Shown here: positions 41,680 to 52,332 of the stretch, piece after piece
How positions within the stretch are numbered: the first letter of the stretch is position 1
Layout: every line of letters begins with the position of its first letter
Assembly (NCBI GenBank): GCA_963840855.1
Contig: CAWJBB010000039.1
Span: 32,001 to 96,000 of the forward strand
Source of the DNA: an uncultured delta proteobacterium
Lineage (GTDB): Bacteria > Desulfobacterota > Binatia > UBA9968
Direction: 5' to 3'
DNA: 64,000 nt
The notes under the pieces: model-generated
Seen by the model: only the letters and a program-made list of their open reading frames with translations
Database searches by the model: none
What the model was told of the DNA's origin: nothing
Position numbers and translations under genes: made by a program

Positions 41680-42696
41680 CTACGCGGCGTTAGTCATCTC
41701 GACCAACCGGGCAAGCTTTTCGCTGGCCTTCCCGGAGTCGATGGATTCGGCGGCCAACCGCATGCCGTCCTGAATAGTGGCCGCGCTGCCGCCGACGTAA
41801 AGCGCCGCGCCGCCGTTGAGCAGAACCACGTCTCGCGCCGGTCCCTTATCGCCTTGCAAAACCCCGCGCACGATGGCGGCGCTTTGCTCCGCGTTGCCGC
41901 CGTGCAGGTCCTCCATGCGGCAGCATTTCAGACCAAACTGTTCGGGCTCGACGATATATTCCTTGACCTGGCCACCGCGCAGCTCGGCGACCTTGGTCGG
42001 ACCGCAAAGTGAAATTTCATCCAAGCCTTCCATGCCGTGGACGACCATGGCACAGACGCTGCCGAGATTTTTCAGCACATGGGCGATCATGCCCACAAGA
42101 TCGCCGCTGTAGAGGCCGATTAGCTGGTGCGTCGCCATTGCTGGATTGGTCAACGGACCCAAGAGATTAAAAACTGTGCGAATGCCGATATCGCGGCGCG
42201 GCTGGACGGCGTATTTCATCGCTTCGTGAAGTAGCGGCGCGAAGAGAAAGCCGATGCCGATCTTGGCGATGCACTCCTCCACGCGTTCCTTGGGCGCGTC
42301 GACTTTTACGCCCAGAGCCCCGAGCACATCGGCGCTACCCGACTGGCTGGAGACCGAACGATTGCCATGCTTGGCGACGTTAATGCCCGCGCCGGCAACG
42401 ACGAACGCCGCGGTGGTGGAAATATTGAAAGTCCCTTTCTGATCGCCTCCTGTGCCACAGGTATCGATCACCGTCTTCGACCCAACCTGGACACGGTGGG
42501 CCTTCTCACGCATAACCCGCGCCGCGCCGGTAACTTCTTCGACGGACTCGCCTTTCATGCGCAGGGCGGTCAGAAAAGACGCCACTTGCAGCGGCGTCGC
42601 CTCTCCGGTCATGATCTGATTCATGGCTTCGATCATCTCCGGCTCGGAAAGACTGACCCGGTTGACGAGCTTGTCAATGGCGTCGCGGATACTCAT
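41680..42696 (-). CDS. trpD: Anthranilate phosphoribosyltransferase
   Basis: DTCGTGGD, KHGNRSVSS, GPLTNP, GLDE. Confidence 0.97.
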   Translation of the reverse strand: MSIRDAIDKLVNRVSLSEPEMIEAMNQIMTGEATPLQVASFLTALRMKGESVEEVTGAARVMREKAHRVQVGSKTVIDTCGTGGDQKGTFNISTTAAFVVAGAGINVAKHGNRSVSSQSGSADVLGALGVKVDAPKERVEECIAKIGIGFLFAPLLHEAMKYAVQPRRDIGIRTVFNLLGPLTNPAMATHQLIGLYSGDLVGMIAHVLKNLGSVCAMVVHGMEGLDEISLCGPTKVAELRGGQVKEYIVEPEQFGLKCCRMEDLHGGNAEQSAAIVRGVLQGDKGPARDVVLLNGGAALYVGGSAATIQDGMRLAAESIDSGKASEKLARLVEMTNAA

Positions 42697-42734
42697 GATT
42701 CTTATCTATTTTTGAATGCTATTTTCTTTTAATG

Positions 42735-43442
42735 CTATTTTCTAGTAGCGAACGCTTTTCCTAGATCCTCTTTGCTCTTCAACATTGCTACGGTTTTATC
42801 CGCTTCTTCGCGGGACCCAAAGCGTCCGATGCGCACGCGGTACCAGACCTTTCCTTGGACGTTCGCTTCCGTGACAAACGCGTTGTATCCTTTATTTTTC
42901 AGACGATCAACCAAGTCATTGGCGGATTTCGCATCGGGGTAGGAGTTCGCTTGCACGCTCCAGCCCTTGCCGTTCGTTTTCGCTTCGGCGCTCTCCGTTG
43001 CCTGCGCCTTGGTTTCGGGTTCGGCGGCCGCCGGAGATTTTTCGCCGCGGTTCTCCGCGGCTTTGGCACGCGCCGTCGTTTCCTCAGGGCCCTGCGGCTT
43101 TTTCTCTTTCGTCGCGGCCCTGGCGGTTTTCTCGGCTTCTTCCGTCTTGGTCTCCGCCGCCTGCTTAGACTCGGGCGTTTTCGTCAGCGTATTGTAAAAC
43201 GTAAGGTCGTCTTTGCTCTTCGCCCCCTCCGTTCCGGCAGCACCCCGCGGCGCTGGTTTTACCGGCACTTTAACGAGGGGCTCTTCGGGGCGCACAATTT
43301 TGCGCGCTTCGATTTCTTTGCCGACAAACATACCCAGTCCAAAAATGATAACAGAGGCCAGCGTGAAAGCGCCGCCCAATAACGCCATCTGCCATCTGGT
43401 GAAATAATATCGTTTATCTTTTTCTCTGCGGTTTTCAGCCAT
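42735..43442 (-). CDS. SPOR-domain cell-division protein (FtsN-like)
   Basis: N-terminal TM, LTFYNTL motif, low-complexity linker, WSVQ..WYRVRIG SPOR; follows argS. Confidence 0.85.
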   Translation of the reverse strand: MAENRREKDKRYYFTRWQMALLGGAFTLASVIIFGLGMFVGKEIEARKIVRPEEPLVKVPVKPAPRGAAGTEGAKSKDDLTFYNTLTKTPESKQAAETKTEEAEKTARAATKEKKPQGPEETTARAKAAENRGEKSPAAAEPETKAQATESAEAKTNGKGWSVQANSYPDAKSANDLVDRLKNKGYNAFVTEANVQGKVWYRVRIGRFGSREEADKTVAMLKSKEDLGKAFATRK

Positions 43443-43469
43443 AGCTTCCCCTTCCCGTGAGCAGCCTCC

Positions 43470-45167
43470 TCAGCACGCGGCGCCATCCAGGCCCGACAAA
43501 GAAGCCATACGCAGCGGCGCGTCCACGCCGAGGATCTCGAGCCCGCGCCGGATGGTTTTCTGCGCGTTCATGACCAGCAGCAGGCGCGCCTGGCTCAATG
43601 CACGGTCGTCGGTTATTACCCGGTGGCGGTTATAATAACGATGAAACTCGCCGGCGAGCTCGAGCAAATAAAAAATCATGCGGTGCGGTTCGAGCTCGCG
43701 CACTGATTCTTCCAGGACCTCATTGAACTGAATCATCCGGCGAATCAGTTCCAATTCTTCCGCCAACTCGAGCCGTTCTAAAGAAACCCCGCCGCTGCCG
43801 GCTACGTTCAAAGCCATGCCGTTCCTTCGCGCCTGCTCGAGGATACTCGCTACCCGCGCATGGGCGTATTGCACGTAAAACACCGGATTATCGCTCGACT
43901 GCCGCTTGGCGAGTTCGAGATCGAAGTCGAGATGACTATCGGACTTGCGCATGAGAAAAAAGAAACGCGCGGCGTCGCGTCCCACTTCTTGCAACACTTC
44001 GTCCAGCGCGACGTATCCGCCGGTGCGCTTTCCCATGCGCACCGGCTCCCCGCCGCGCGTGAGTTGCACCATCTGCACGAGCACCACGCGCAGGGCGTCT
44101 GCGTCATAACCCAAGCCGCGCATGGCCGCCTTGAGCCGCGCCACGTAGCCGTGGTGATCGGCGCCCCAGACGTTAATCAGCCGCCCGAACTTCCGCTCGA
44201 ATTTATTGCGGTGATAGGCGATATCCGAGGCAAAATAGGTCAATTCACCGTCGCTTTTGATCACCGTCCGATCCTTGTCGTCACCGAACTGCGTCGAGCG
44301 AAACCACTCCGCGCCGTCTTGCGCGTACAGCAAACCGCGCCGGCGCAAGAGATCCATCGATTGGACGACTTCGCTGCGCTCGCGCAGGGCCTTTTCACTA
44401 AAGAAAGAGTCGAATTCAATGCCAAAGTCGCTAAGCTGCCCGCGGATCGTCTCGAGCAACCTCTCGCCGCCGTACTGGGTGAAATACTTTACCGCCGCCG
44501 TCTTGTCCCCGTGGAGAAATTTATCGCCGGCTTGATCCTTAACCGACCGGGCGACGTCGATGACGTAATCGCCGGGATAGCCCTCGGCGGGAAACTCCAC
44601 CGTCTCGCCGAAAATCTCGCGGTAGCGCGCGTCAATCGAAAGCCCGAGGTTCTCCATCTGTTTGCCGGCGTCGTTGACGTAGTATTCTTTTTGCACTTCG
44701 AAACCGGTGGCTTGGTGCAAGCGCGCCAAAACATCGCCGATCACCGCCACTCGCCCGTGGCCGACGTGTAGCGGACCGGTGGGATTGACGCTGGCAAACT
44801 CCACCTGGACCTTTTCTCCTTTGCCGAGATCGAAGCGCGCCTCTTTGTCCGCTGCCAACTCGCGTAAGCGCTCGTAATAAAACTTGGGCGCGAAGGCAAA
44901 ATTCAAAAAACCAGGGCCGGCGATCTCGCGGCGCGCGATGATCCCGCCCGGATCTTCAAAATTCTTGAGGATCAACTCGGCAATGGCGCGCGGCGCTTTT
45001 TTCGCGCTCTTCGCCCACAACATGGCGACGTTCGTCGTCAGATCGCCGAACTCGCGTTGCTTGGGCGGCTCAAGAAGCAAAGGGGGGAGCTCGTTAGAAA
45101 ACAGCTCTCCCCCCTTCGCCGTTTTATCAATGGCCTGGGTTAATAGTTCCCTAAGCTGACTGCGCAT
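43470..45167 (-). CDS. argS: Arginyl-tRNA synthetase
   Basis: EFASVNPTGPLHVGHGR, WGADHHGY, NPVFYVQYAHAR. Confidence 0.97.
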   Translation of the reverse strand: MRSQLRELLTQAIDKTAKGGELFSNELPPLLLEPPKQREFGDLTTNVAMLWAKSAKKAPRAIAELILKNFEDPGGIIARREIAGPGFLNFAFAPKFYYERLRELAADKEARFDLGKGEKVQVEFASVNPTGPLHVGHGRVAVIGDVLARLHQATGFEVQKEYYVNDAGKQMENLGLSIDARYREIFGETVEFPAEGYPGDYVIDVARSVKDQAGDKFLHGDKTAAVKYFTQYGGERLLETIRGQLSDFGIEFDSFFSEKALRERSEVVQSMDLLRRRGLLYAQDGAEWFRSTQFGDDKDRTVIKSDGELTYFASDIAYHRNKFERKFGRLINVWGADHHGYVARLKAAMRGLGYDADALRVVLVQMVQLTRGGEPVRMGKRTGGYVALDEVLQEVGRDAARFFFLMRKSDSHLDFDLELAKRQSSDNPVFYVQYAHARVASILEQARRNGMALNVAGSGGVSLERLELAEELELIRRMIQFNEVLEESVRELEPHRMIFYLLELAGEFHRYYNRHRVITDDRALSQARLLLVMNAQKTIRRGLEILGVDAPLRMASLSGLDGAAC

Positions 45168-45363
45168 TGCGGCCTCGCATCAACCTGCTCTGCACCCTGC
45201 GAAATAAAGCGCTGCTTTGTCGGGGGGATAAAGACGCGCTAACCCGTTTATTTATAACGACTTTCCCCAGGAAATGTCAATATTAACCGGCCCCCGGCAT
45301 GGGCAGCGTCATGCCAGCCACTTTCTGCGTTTGCAGCAAAATTGCGTCTGACGATCCCGTTGA

Positions 45364-45864
45364 CTACGCGGGCTTGCGTGACGGTAATTCCCCCGCTCCA
45401 CGTTCAAGGCGATCATCGATCTCGGCCAGATAGACCGTCAGCGAGTTCTCACATTGCGCGATGGACGAGCGCATGTCTCGCTCAAGCTGGTCCATGCGCG
45501 CGGCCAGTTCCGTCTTGGATCGCTCGGTCTGTTGCGCGAGGTTTTGCAGCTGAGTTTCCAGAAACGCGCGCAGCTCATGGAGGCGTGAGCCTTCCGCTTG
45601 CTCGGCAAGCTCGCGCTGGGCGTGCAACTCGCGGGCGTGGCGGCGGGTTTCGAAGAGCACCGACGATTGCAAATAGGCGACATAGAGCAGGAACAACGCG
45701 GCGAGCAGCACGACGATGCTGAGCAAAATGAGGCCAAGCGGCCCCTCCACGGTAGCGAATATCACGGAAAGAGTCGTGGGCGCGGTAAATGCGTTCCAGT
45801 TAACTGCTGTGAAGAGCGCCAACCCTCCCAGCACAAGCAGTATCAAGACCGTGCGCAAGTACAT
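45364..45864 (-). CDS. LapA-like membrane protein with coiled-coil tail
   Basis: Two TM segments around N..T.LS..PLG, then coiled coil. Confidence 0.7.
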   Translation of the reverse strand: MYLRTVLILLVLGGLALFTAVNWNAFTAPTTLSVIFATVEGPLGLILLSIVVLLAALFLLYVAYLQSSVLFETRRHARELHAQRELAEQAEGSRLHELRAFLETQLQNLAQQTERSKTELAARMDQLERDMRSSIAQCENSLTVYLAEIDDRLERGAGELPSRKPA

Positions 45865-45981
45865 GGAGACCTCCCGACGGAAAGCAGCCCGCGAGCGAAA
45901 ATGCTCCGGTCCGCGCGCATTACACTTTTTCGTAGCATTTCGTACCAGGCATGCGTATCGATTATAGGACTCTAAATTTAT

Positions 45982-46335
45982 CTACTGGAGCGTCTTAAGC
46001 CGCTGTTGCATCTCCTGCGCCGTGATCTCTTGGCCGTACATTGGCGCTCCCTGGGCAAAATGCTTGGCGCGTTCGAGTGAGCCGATGATTACGGGATCGA
46101 AGCCCGCGTCTCGGACCAAGCGCGAGGCTGCCTTCAGCGCTTCTTTGTCGTCGCCTGCGATCGGGATGGCAATGCGCCCCTCGGATCGGTTGGCGTTGCT
46201 CGCTACCTTACGATAGTTCGGCGTGTTGAATGCACGAACGACGCGCGCCTCCGCCAGATATTTCGCCGACGTGATGCCGATGCTATTTTCACGCGCTTCC
46301 TTTACGATCTCGCCATCGCGCGCCAGAACCGCGTT
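45982..46335 (-). pseudogene. C-terminal remnant of an NADPH-dependent F420-reductase-family oxidoreductase
   Basis: Manual translation: ARVVRAFN..IAIPIAGDDKEAL..LVRDAGFDPV..LQ*; N-terminal Rossmann part absent. Confidence 0.75.
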
Positions 46336-46478
46336 CCGTGGGCATTCGCGATTGGCGACGTTGTGCTGAACTTAGAGAAGGGCCACCGCCAAGTCAAGGC
46401 AAGGTTGCCGCTGCGTTGAGTTGGCCGGAAGCCTGTGATATTTCCCGTCGAGTCGATTCATTGGAGTAAAACCGTTGC

Positions 46479-47687
46479 ATGAGTAATCCAATCAAAACAG
46501 CTGGCGTCGTCGGTCTCGGCGTGATGGGATTTGATATCGCCTTTCTCTACGCGATGCGCGGCTATCAAACCATCGTTTATGACGCGTCCGGCACAGTCAT
46601 GGAAGGCGTCGCGAACCGTAAGGAACAGACCGTCGAACGGCTGCGTAATCGGGACCGCTTATCCAAAAGCGAGATTGAGAATCTCAGTAAACTTCTGGTA
46701 CCGTCTGGCAATCTCGCCGGCCTGGCCCGGGCCGATCTGATCACCGAAGCAGTTTCAGAAAACGCCGAGGTCAAGTTAGCGCTCTATCAAGCTCTGCGCG
46801 AGGCCGGATTCAACGGTCTGCTGGCTACGAACACGTCGTCGGTGACGCGTGCGACTCTGCTCAAAGATGGAACCGTGGACAGCCGGAAGTTCGCGCTCAC
46901 GCACTTCTTCAATCCGGTTCTCTACACAAAAATGGTCGAAGTCGTGACCGGCGACATGGAGACGTCACACAGCGAAACTCTACTGGCCTTCTTAAAAAAT
47001 CTCGGCCGCGATCCGGTCGCCACCCAAGACATCTCCGGCTTCGTATCCAACGGCATCCTGATGGTTTACGCCGTGATGGCCGTGCGTCTGCTGGAGTGCG
47101 GCGCGCGCATCGAGCAGGTCGATCAAGCCGCCACGGAACTAAAGCTGCTGCCGCCGTTCATCAGCTTCGATAGCTGGAAACCCGCCATCGTCGAAGATGT
47201 CACGCGAATCATGTTCGACCTTCGCGGCGATGAGTTCTTGCGCTCGTCGCGGTTGCTCAGCCGCCTGGCCAATGAAAACCCGAGATTTTATATCGATCGA
47301 AAGCCCAATCCGAGGGTCTACGAGTTAGCCGACGCTAACGGAAAATCCCTCGACAACGCCAGCGTCAAACGCGCGCTCAGAACGTCGATGTTGGTAGCCG
47401 CGGCGCGCGTCGCCGAACTTGGCGAAACCCCGGCTATCATAGACTTCGTCGCCACCGAGGGCATCAAGACGCCCGAGCCGCCACTGAAAGAGATCGACTT
47501 TGAGGGCGCCGCGACTTTGCTTCAAGATATTACGGATGTGAACCGGCTCCTTGGCAATCAGTCCTTGCCCGCTCCCGAATTGATCACCGCTATGACGAGC
47601 AAGAAAGAAACTTTCTATAAAAACGACCAAGCCAATCCCTGGCTTCATTTACAGGTGAGACAGCAGGCCCACGATGCGAGCCATTGA
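46479..47687 (+). CDS. 3-hydroxyacyl-CoA dehydrogenase family protein
   Basis: GLGVMG, EAVSE, TNTSS, HFFNP, GFVSN. Confidence 0.88.
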   Translation: MSNPIKTAGVVGLGVMGFDIAFLYAMRGYQTIVYDASGTVMEGVANRKEQTVERLRNRDRLSKSEIENLSKLLVPSGNLAGLARADLITEAVSENAEVKLALYQALREAGFNGLLATNTSSVTRATLLKDGTVDSRKFALTHFFNPVLYTKMVEVVTGDMETSHSETLLAFLKNLGRDPVATQDISGFVSNGILMVYAVMAVRLLECGARIEQVDQAATELKLLPPFISFDSWKPAIVEDVTRIMFDLRGDEFLRSSRLLSRLANENPRFYIDRKPNPRVYELADANGKSLDNASVKRALRTSMLVAAARVAELGETPAIIDFVATEGIKTPEPPLKEIDFEGAATLLQDITDVNRLLGNQSLPAPELITAMTSKKETFYKNDQANPWLHLQVRQQAHDASH

Positions 47688-48507
47688 CGTTCACGTACAC
47701 CCGAGCACCCGCGGCCTCGACCACGGCGCCTGCGGCTATTTCCGAAGAAATTTGACCGACATACCGCAAACGGCAGAGGAATTCGCCGAGGTGTACGCCA
47801 GGAATGATGTGAAAGCGTTCTTGATCGGCTGGCACCCTTCCACGGTCCCGGACGGCATGCGCAACAGCAACGACCATGTGATCGACCTTGCGACCACATA
47901 TTCCAACGCGTTCCCCGGTATTTTGGCGTCCCTCGATATCAGGGCTCAGGATTCAAACGCCGTCGCGCGCTACGCCGAAGAGCTGGTGCGGCATCCTAAG
48001 GTCGTTGGTTTTAAATTTCATCCTCCCGACCAAGGATTTTTTCCCAGCGATAAAAAGTTCTACGGCCTCTGGGAAGTTCTCCAATCCGGCAACAAGCCGG
48101 TCATGTTCCACGTCGGCTTCACCGTACTCGGCGCCAACACCGACGGCGGCAGCGGTATCGCCCTCGATTACGGACGGCCGATTCATCTCGATACCTTGGC
48201 GCGAGATTTTCCCAGGATGAAGATCGTCGCCGCCCATCCCGGCTGGCCCTGGGAACAAGAGTTAATCGGCGTGGTGACGCACAAGAAAAATCTTTACGTT
48301 GATACCTCCGGCTATCTTGCCGAGCAACTGCCGGAAATTTTTTTGAAAGCGATCGCCGGGCGGCTCCAGGACAAGGCGTTGTTCGGCACGGACTTTCCCT
48401 ACGTCGATCTCGAGCGGGCGCTGACGAGCTTCGACAAGATGGATTTTAAGGACAGTGTCAAAGACAAGATTCTCATTGCTAACGCAAAAACTCTATTCAA
48501 CCTCTAG
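47674..48507 (+). CDS. Amidohydrolase_2 family metal-dependent hydrolase or decarboxylase
   Basis: IDVHVH, FHVG, AHPGWPW, FGTDFP. Confidence 0.9.
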   Translation: MRAIDVHVHPSTRGLDHGACGYFRRNLTDIPQTAEEFAEVYARNDVKAFLIGWHPSTVPDGMRNSNDHVIDLATTYSNAFPGILASLDIRAQDSNAVARYAEELVRHPKVVGFKFHPPDQGFFPSDKKFYGLWEVLQSGNKPVMFHVGFTVLGANTDGGSGIALDYGRPIHLDTLARDFPRMKIVAAHPGWPWEQELIGVVTHKKNLYVDTSGYLAEQLPEIFLKAIAGRLQDKALFGTDFPYVDLERALTSFDKMDFKDSVKDKILIANAKTLFNL

Positions 48508-48520
48508 CCGGCTTCGCGCC

Positions 48521-48606
48521 GTTCAAAGTTCAATGTTCAAAAGTTGGGGTTTCGGTTGTGCGGTTGAATATCCGAGCGAAACACCCTGAACGTTGAACCT
48601 TGAACC
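48521..48606. repeat. Heptamer inverted-repeat element C
   Basis: GTTCAAAGTTCAATGTTCAAAAGTT ... TGAACGTTGAACCTTGAACC. Confidence 0.85.
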
Positions 48607-48635
48607 GGAGCGAGCGAAGGGAGCGATTAAATCGA

Positions 48636-50327
48636 ATGGCTGATTCAAGCGACACAAAAACCGCAGCCCAGGCCTATTTGCAAGTGGCGGCGGCGCATGG
48701 AGTCGAATATGTTTTCGGTTTGCCGGGCACCAGCGGCCAGGAATTCATCGGCACCATAGCCGATCAAGAAAAGATCCGCTTCGTGCTCGCGCTGCACGAG
48801 ACCTGCGTCGTTTCCATGGCAGACGGTCATGCGCGGGTAACCGGCCGTCCGTCGCTGGCGCAGGTGAGCACGTTGCCCGGTTCGGCAAACGCGGTGGGCG
48901 CGCTGTACGATGCCTACCGCGACCGCTCGCCGGTTGTCGTCACATCGACGAACGTCGACACGCGGATCGCCGGCCGCGACTCGCACACGGAAAGCAAGGA
49001 CCTCGTTGAGATGACCAAGCAGTTCACCAAATGGAGCGCCGAAGTCCATCGCTCGGACCGCATTGCCGAGTATTTGAATCGCGCATTTAAGGTCGCTTCG
49101 ACGCCGCCCACTGGCCCGGTTTATCTTGCGCTGCCCAGCAATCTGCTCGGCGAATCCGTCAGTATACCGAATCCGATGGCCGACCGTTCGCGCATCGTCC
49201 CACGCATCGGCGCCGATCCGGAAGCGCTGCGGGACGCCGCGCGGCTAATTGCCGGAGCGAAGCGGCCGTTGATCGTCGCCGGGAGCGGCGTCGCCAAGGC
49301 GGGCGCGATAGAAGAGCTGGTCAAGTTTGCAGAGATGGTGGCGGCGCCGGTGGTCATGGAACCGCGCTATTCATTCTTGAGCTTCCCGACTAATCATCCG
49401 CAGAGTTTTCAGATCCCGGAGCGCCAGCCGTCCTTCAATCTGCCGGTCTGGGGCGAGCCGGATGTGATCCTGGCCATCGGCTGCCGCTTGATCCGCGAAT
49501 ACCGCTATCTGCCGGAGCCGGTCATGAAGCCGGAAACCCGCTGTATTCATATTGAGGAAGATCCCTGGGAAATCGGTAAGGTTTTCCCAGTCGATGTCGG
49601 CATTATCGCCGACGCCAAGAGCGCGCTCCGTTCGCTACTCGAAATTCATGCCGCCTTCGCTGTCTCGGCCAAGGGCCGCGACGAGCGGCTGGAACGCATT
49701 CGCGAAGCCCAGGAACAAGTCAAATCGGAGCTGGAAAGCCGCGTGCAACAAGGCTGGGACGATAGGCCGATCAATGCCGCACGGCTAGCCCGCACCATGG
49801 GCCGGCTTCTGGAAAATGACATTTTGATCGTCAACGAAAGCCCGACCAGCAAAGATATTCTCCTGGCCAATTTCCAATTTGGCGAGGGCAGGTCCTACTT
49901 CTCCAATTCATCCGGCGGTTATCTCGGCTGGGGAATCGGCGCAGCCATCGGCGCTCAATTGGGCTCGCCCCGTCGCCGCGTCGTCGCTTGCCTCGGCGAC
50001 GGCAGCGCCATGTTCGGCATCCAGGGGCTCTGGACACTGGCAAAATACCGCGTGCCGCTGTTGGTGATCGTGTTCAACAACCGCGCCTACATGGCGGTGA
50101 AGAATCAATTCAGCGGTTCCGCAGAAAGGGTTCGCAGCGCGGCCGAAATGGGCGCGGAAATCGTCGGACCTGATATCAACTTCGCCAGATTGGCGGACAC
50201 CTTTGGAATCTTCGGCCAGCGCGTCGAGAGCCCGGAGGCTATCGAGCCGGCGCTAAGAAGAGCCATGGAGCAAAACGGGCCGGCTCTCGTCGACGTTGTG
50301 ATCGCCCAGAACACCAGAAAGGACTAG
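48636..50327 (+). CDS. ThDP-dependent enzyme, benzoylformate-decarboxylase-like
   Basis: FGLPG, LHE, SMADG, GDGSAMF..NN. Confidence 0.88.
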   Translation: MADSSDTKTAAQAYLQVAAAHGVEYVFGLPGTSGQEFIGTIADQEKIRFVLALHETCVVSMADGHARVTGRPSLAQVSTLPGSANAVGALYDAYRDRSPVVVTSTNVDTRIAGRDSHTESKDLVEMTKQFTKWSAEVHRSDRIAEYLNRAFKVASTPPTGPVYLALPSNLLGESVSIPNPMADRSRIVPRIGADPEALRDAARLIAGAKRPLIVAGSGVAKAGAIEELVKFAEMVAAPVVMEPRYSFLSFPTNHPQSFQIPERQPSFNLPVWGEPDVILAIGCRLIREYRYLPEPVMKPETRCIHIEEDPWEIGKVFPVDVGIIADAKSALRSLLEIHAAFAVSAKGRDERLERIREAQEQVKSELESRVQQGWDDRPINAARLARTMGRLLENDILIVNESPTSKDILLANFQFGEGRSYFSNSSGGYLGWGIGAAIGAQLGSPRRRVVACLGDGSAMFGIQGLWTLAKYRVPLLVIVFNNRAYMAVKNQFSGSAERVRSAAEMGAEIVGPDINFARLADTFGIFGQRVESPEAIEPALRRAMEQNGPALVDVVIAQNTRKD

Positions 50328-50372
50328 CCGGAGTTCCGTGAATGGGTGGATAAGCGGGGAATTGCGTAATCG

Positions 50373-50401
50373 AAAACAAAAAAGGCGCCGTCACAGGCGC
50401 C
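50373..50401 (-). terminator. Intrinsic terminator
   Basis: GGCGCC-loop-GGCGCC stem followed by a T tract on the minus strand. Confidence 0.5.
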
Positions 50402-50586
50402 ATTCGATGGACTCAGGGTGACGTGCCCGATCAAACCACAAAGCACGCCAAGGGTGGAAAGTTAAGGAGTGATTTCTATTTTGCGCCCTGGCTCAGCCCG
50501 TGGCTGATCAGCCTTGGGCTGAGTCTTGGCGCGATAAAATTTCTTTTAGTTCTGTCACCGATTAAAAAGGTTAGCAGCTAGAGGCT

Positions 50587-50841
50587 TTATCTCATTCTTC
50601 CCATGGAGTACTGAAGCTTTTTCAGTTCCCCTTCCAAAAACATGTCCTTGATGACGTGGCGGTCCAAATGCGCCTCCATCTGTTGTGCCGGATAAATTTT
50701 CGTGCCGCAGCGGTGGCAAAGAACCGCGTGGAAGATGTTGCTGTCGAAGTTTATCGCCGTTTCGCTGGTTGCGCTGGTTGCGCTGGTTTCGCTGGTTGCG
50801 CTGGTTGCGCTGGTTGCGTTGGTTGCGCTTGACGTTTCCAT
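50587..50841 (-). CDS. 84-aa protein with ATS repeats and a C2H2 zinc-finger motif
   Basis: AGGAG RBS; CHRC-x12-H-LDR-H; 9-bp tandem repeat encodes ATS. Confidence 0.7.
   Translation of the reverse strand: METSSATNATSATSATSETSATSATSETAINFDSNIFHAVLCHRCGTKIYPAQQMEAHLDRHVIKDMFLEGELKKLQYSMGRMR
50761..50828. repeat. 9-bp tandem repeat (GCTGGTTGC), about 7 copies
   Basis: Directly visible; in frame within the zinc-finger ORF. Confidence 0.9.
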
Positions 50842-50884
50842 GTTCCGCTTCTCCTGTTCTACTGAAGGCTCGCAACGGTTTGCC

Positions 50885-50900
50885 GCAAGACCGGTGCCAA
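50885..50900 (-). promoter_or_regulatory. Sigma54 (-24/-12) promoter
   Basis: TTGGCAC-CGGTC-TTGC exact consensus spacing, about 45 bp upstream of ATG 50841. Confidence 0.75.
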
Positions 50901-51114
50901 GCATTGAAGCGTATTAGAAACTCTTGAAATGACGGCACAATATGGTGCGAAGAGAGAAACCGGGTAAGCCAGGGTGACACCCGGGAAAGGGTCAATTTGT
51001 TGTCACTCCGGCATTATTTTGCCACCGCGTGCATTTTTGTCGCAAACGTGCGAAATCTTATCCGCCTATCCTCGAGGGCGCGGGAAATTGCGGCGCCCTT
51101 GGTTTTGTTATTTA

Positions 51115-52269
51115 ATGGCTAGAATGACCGGCAATAATAGCGTGACTCCGTCCCAGAGTTTGATTTGTTCCGAGGACGACGCAGGGGCTTACCGTCTCGG
51201 CATCATCACCCTCGACAATTCACGTGCGCTCAACGCCCTGGACCTGAGCATGCTACGAACGATGGAAGCCAAGCTCCTCGAATGGCGGCACCGGGGCGAC
51301 ATCGTCTGCATCGTCGTTCATGCAAACTCGGACAGAGCGTTCTGCGCCGGCGGCGATGTCAAAGCTCTGGTCTTAAGCATGAAAGAAAATCCGGGGATTC
51401 AAGTTGGGATCGATTACTTCACGACGGAATACTTCGTTGATTATCTGATCCACGCCTACGACAAGCCGATACTTTGCTGGGCGGATGGCATAACGATGGG
51501 CGGCGGCATTGGCATCATGAACGGCGCGAGCTCACGGGTTGTCACCGAACGAACAACAATGGCGATGCCGGAAAGCGCCATCGGCTTGTATCCAGACGTC
51601 GGCGGAACCTATTTTTTAAACCGCCTGCCGGACGGGCTGGGTCTGTATCTCGCCCTTACCTCGGCGCGCTTTGATGGCTATGACGCGGTCGCCATCGGCA
51701 TGGCGGACCACTGGATTCCATCGCTGCGGAAAGCCGAGGTTCTGGCGGGTCTCGCCGCGCTGGATTGGACCCACGACGGAGCCCTGAACAAGCAGATTCT
51801 GCGCGAATACGTGACGTCGTTCTCCGCAGCGAATCCTTCCGGCCGCTCCGATTTAATGACGCGCCTGGACGCCGTGCGAGCTTTGACATGCCATTCGAGC
51901 AGCGAAGCAATCGATGGCGTCTTTCGCGGCTGGACCGGCGATGACGAGTGGATGGAAAACGCCATGCGCGGCTACCTCGCCGCTTCGCCCACTTCCGTCA
52001 AGGCAATTTTCAAACAGATAACCCAGGGTAAGAGTTTGTCCAAGAAAGCGGCGTTCCTGCGCGAATGGGACATGTCGGCTAATTTTTGCGCGGCCTCGGA
52101 TTTCCCCGAAGGCGTGCGCGCGCGGCTCATCGACAAGGATCAAAAGCCGCGCTGGAACCCCGCGACGCTGGCCGAAGTGCGCGACGGCGACATCGAACGG
52201 CTTTTCTCCAAACAACATGGCCAGCCGGATTTGCTCGCGCAAAAATTTTCGGAACACGGCTTGAGTTGA
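51115..52269 (+). CDS. 3-hydroxyisobutyryl-CoA hydrolase-like (enoyl-CoA hydratase family)
   Basis: [36 protein letters not shown]; start approximate. Confidence 0.88.
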   Translation: MARMTGNNSVTPSQSLICSEDDAGAYRLGIITLDNSRALNALDLSMLRTMEAKLLEWRHRGDIVCIVVHANSDRAFCAGGDVKALVLSMKENPGIQVGIDYFTTEYFVDYLIHAYDKPILCWADGITMGGGIGIMNGASSRVVTERTTMAMPESAIGLYPDVGGTYFLNRLPDGLGLYLALTSARFDGYDAVAIGMADHWIPSLRKAEVLAGLAALDWTHDGALNKQILREYVTSFSAANPSGRSDLMTRLDAVRALTCHSSSEAIDGVFRGWTGDDEWMENAMRGYLAASPTSVKAIFKQITQGKSLSKKAAFLREWDMSANFCAASDFPEGVRARLIDKDQKPRWNPATLAEVRDGDIERLFSKQHGQPDLLAQKFSEHGLS

Positions 52270-52332
52270 AGACCTTGTTGTTCGATGATACGTGCCATGA
52301 CAGCCGGGGGCAACCCGGATGTTGAGAGGCCA

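Noticed and set aside
50555-50995. Alternative-frame ORFs with NQR, RWL or VAL repeats
   Set aside because: By-products of the 9-bp repeat; only the ATS frame has an RBS, promoter and coherent motif
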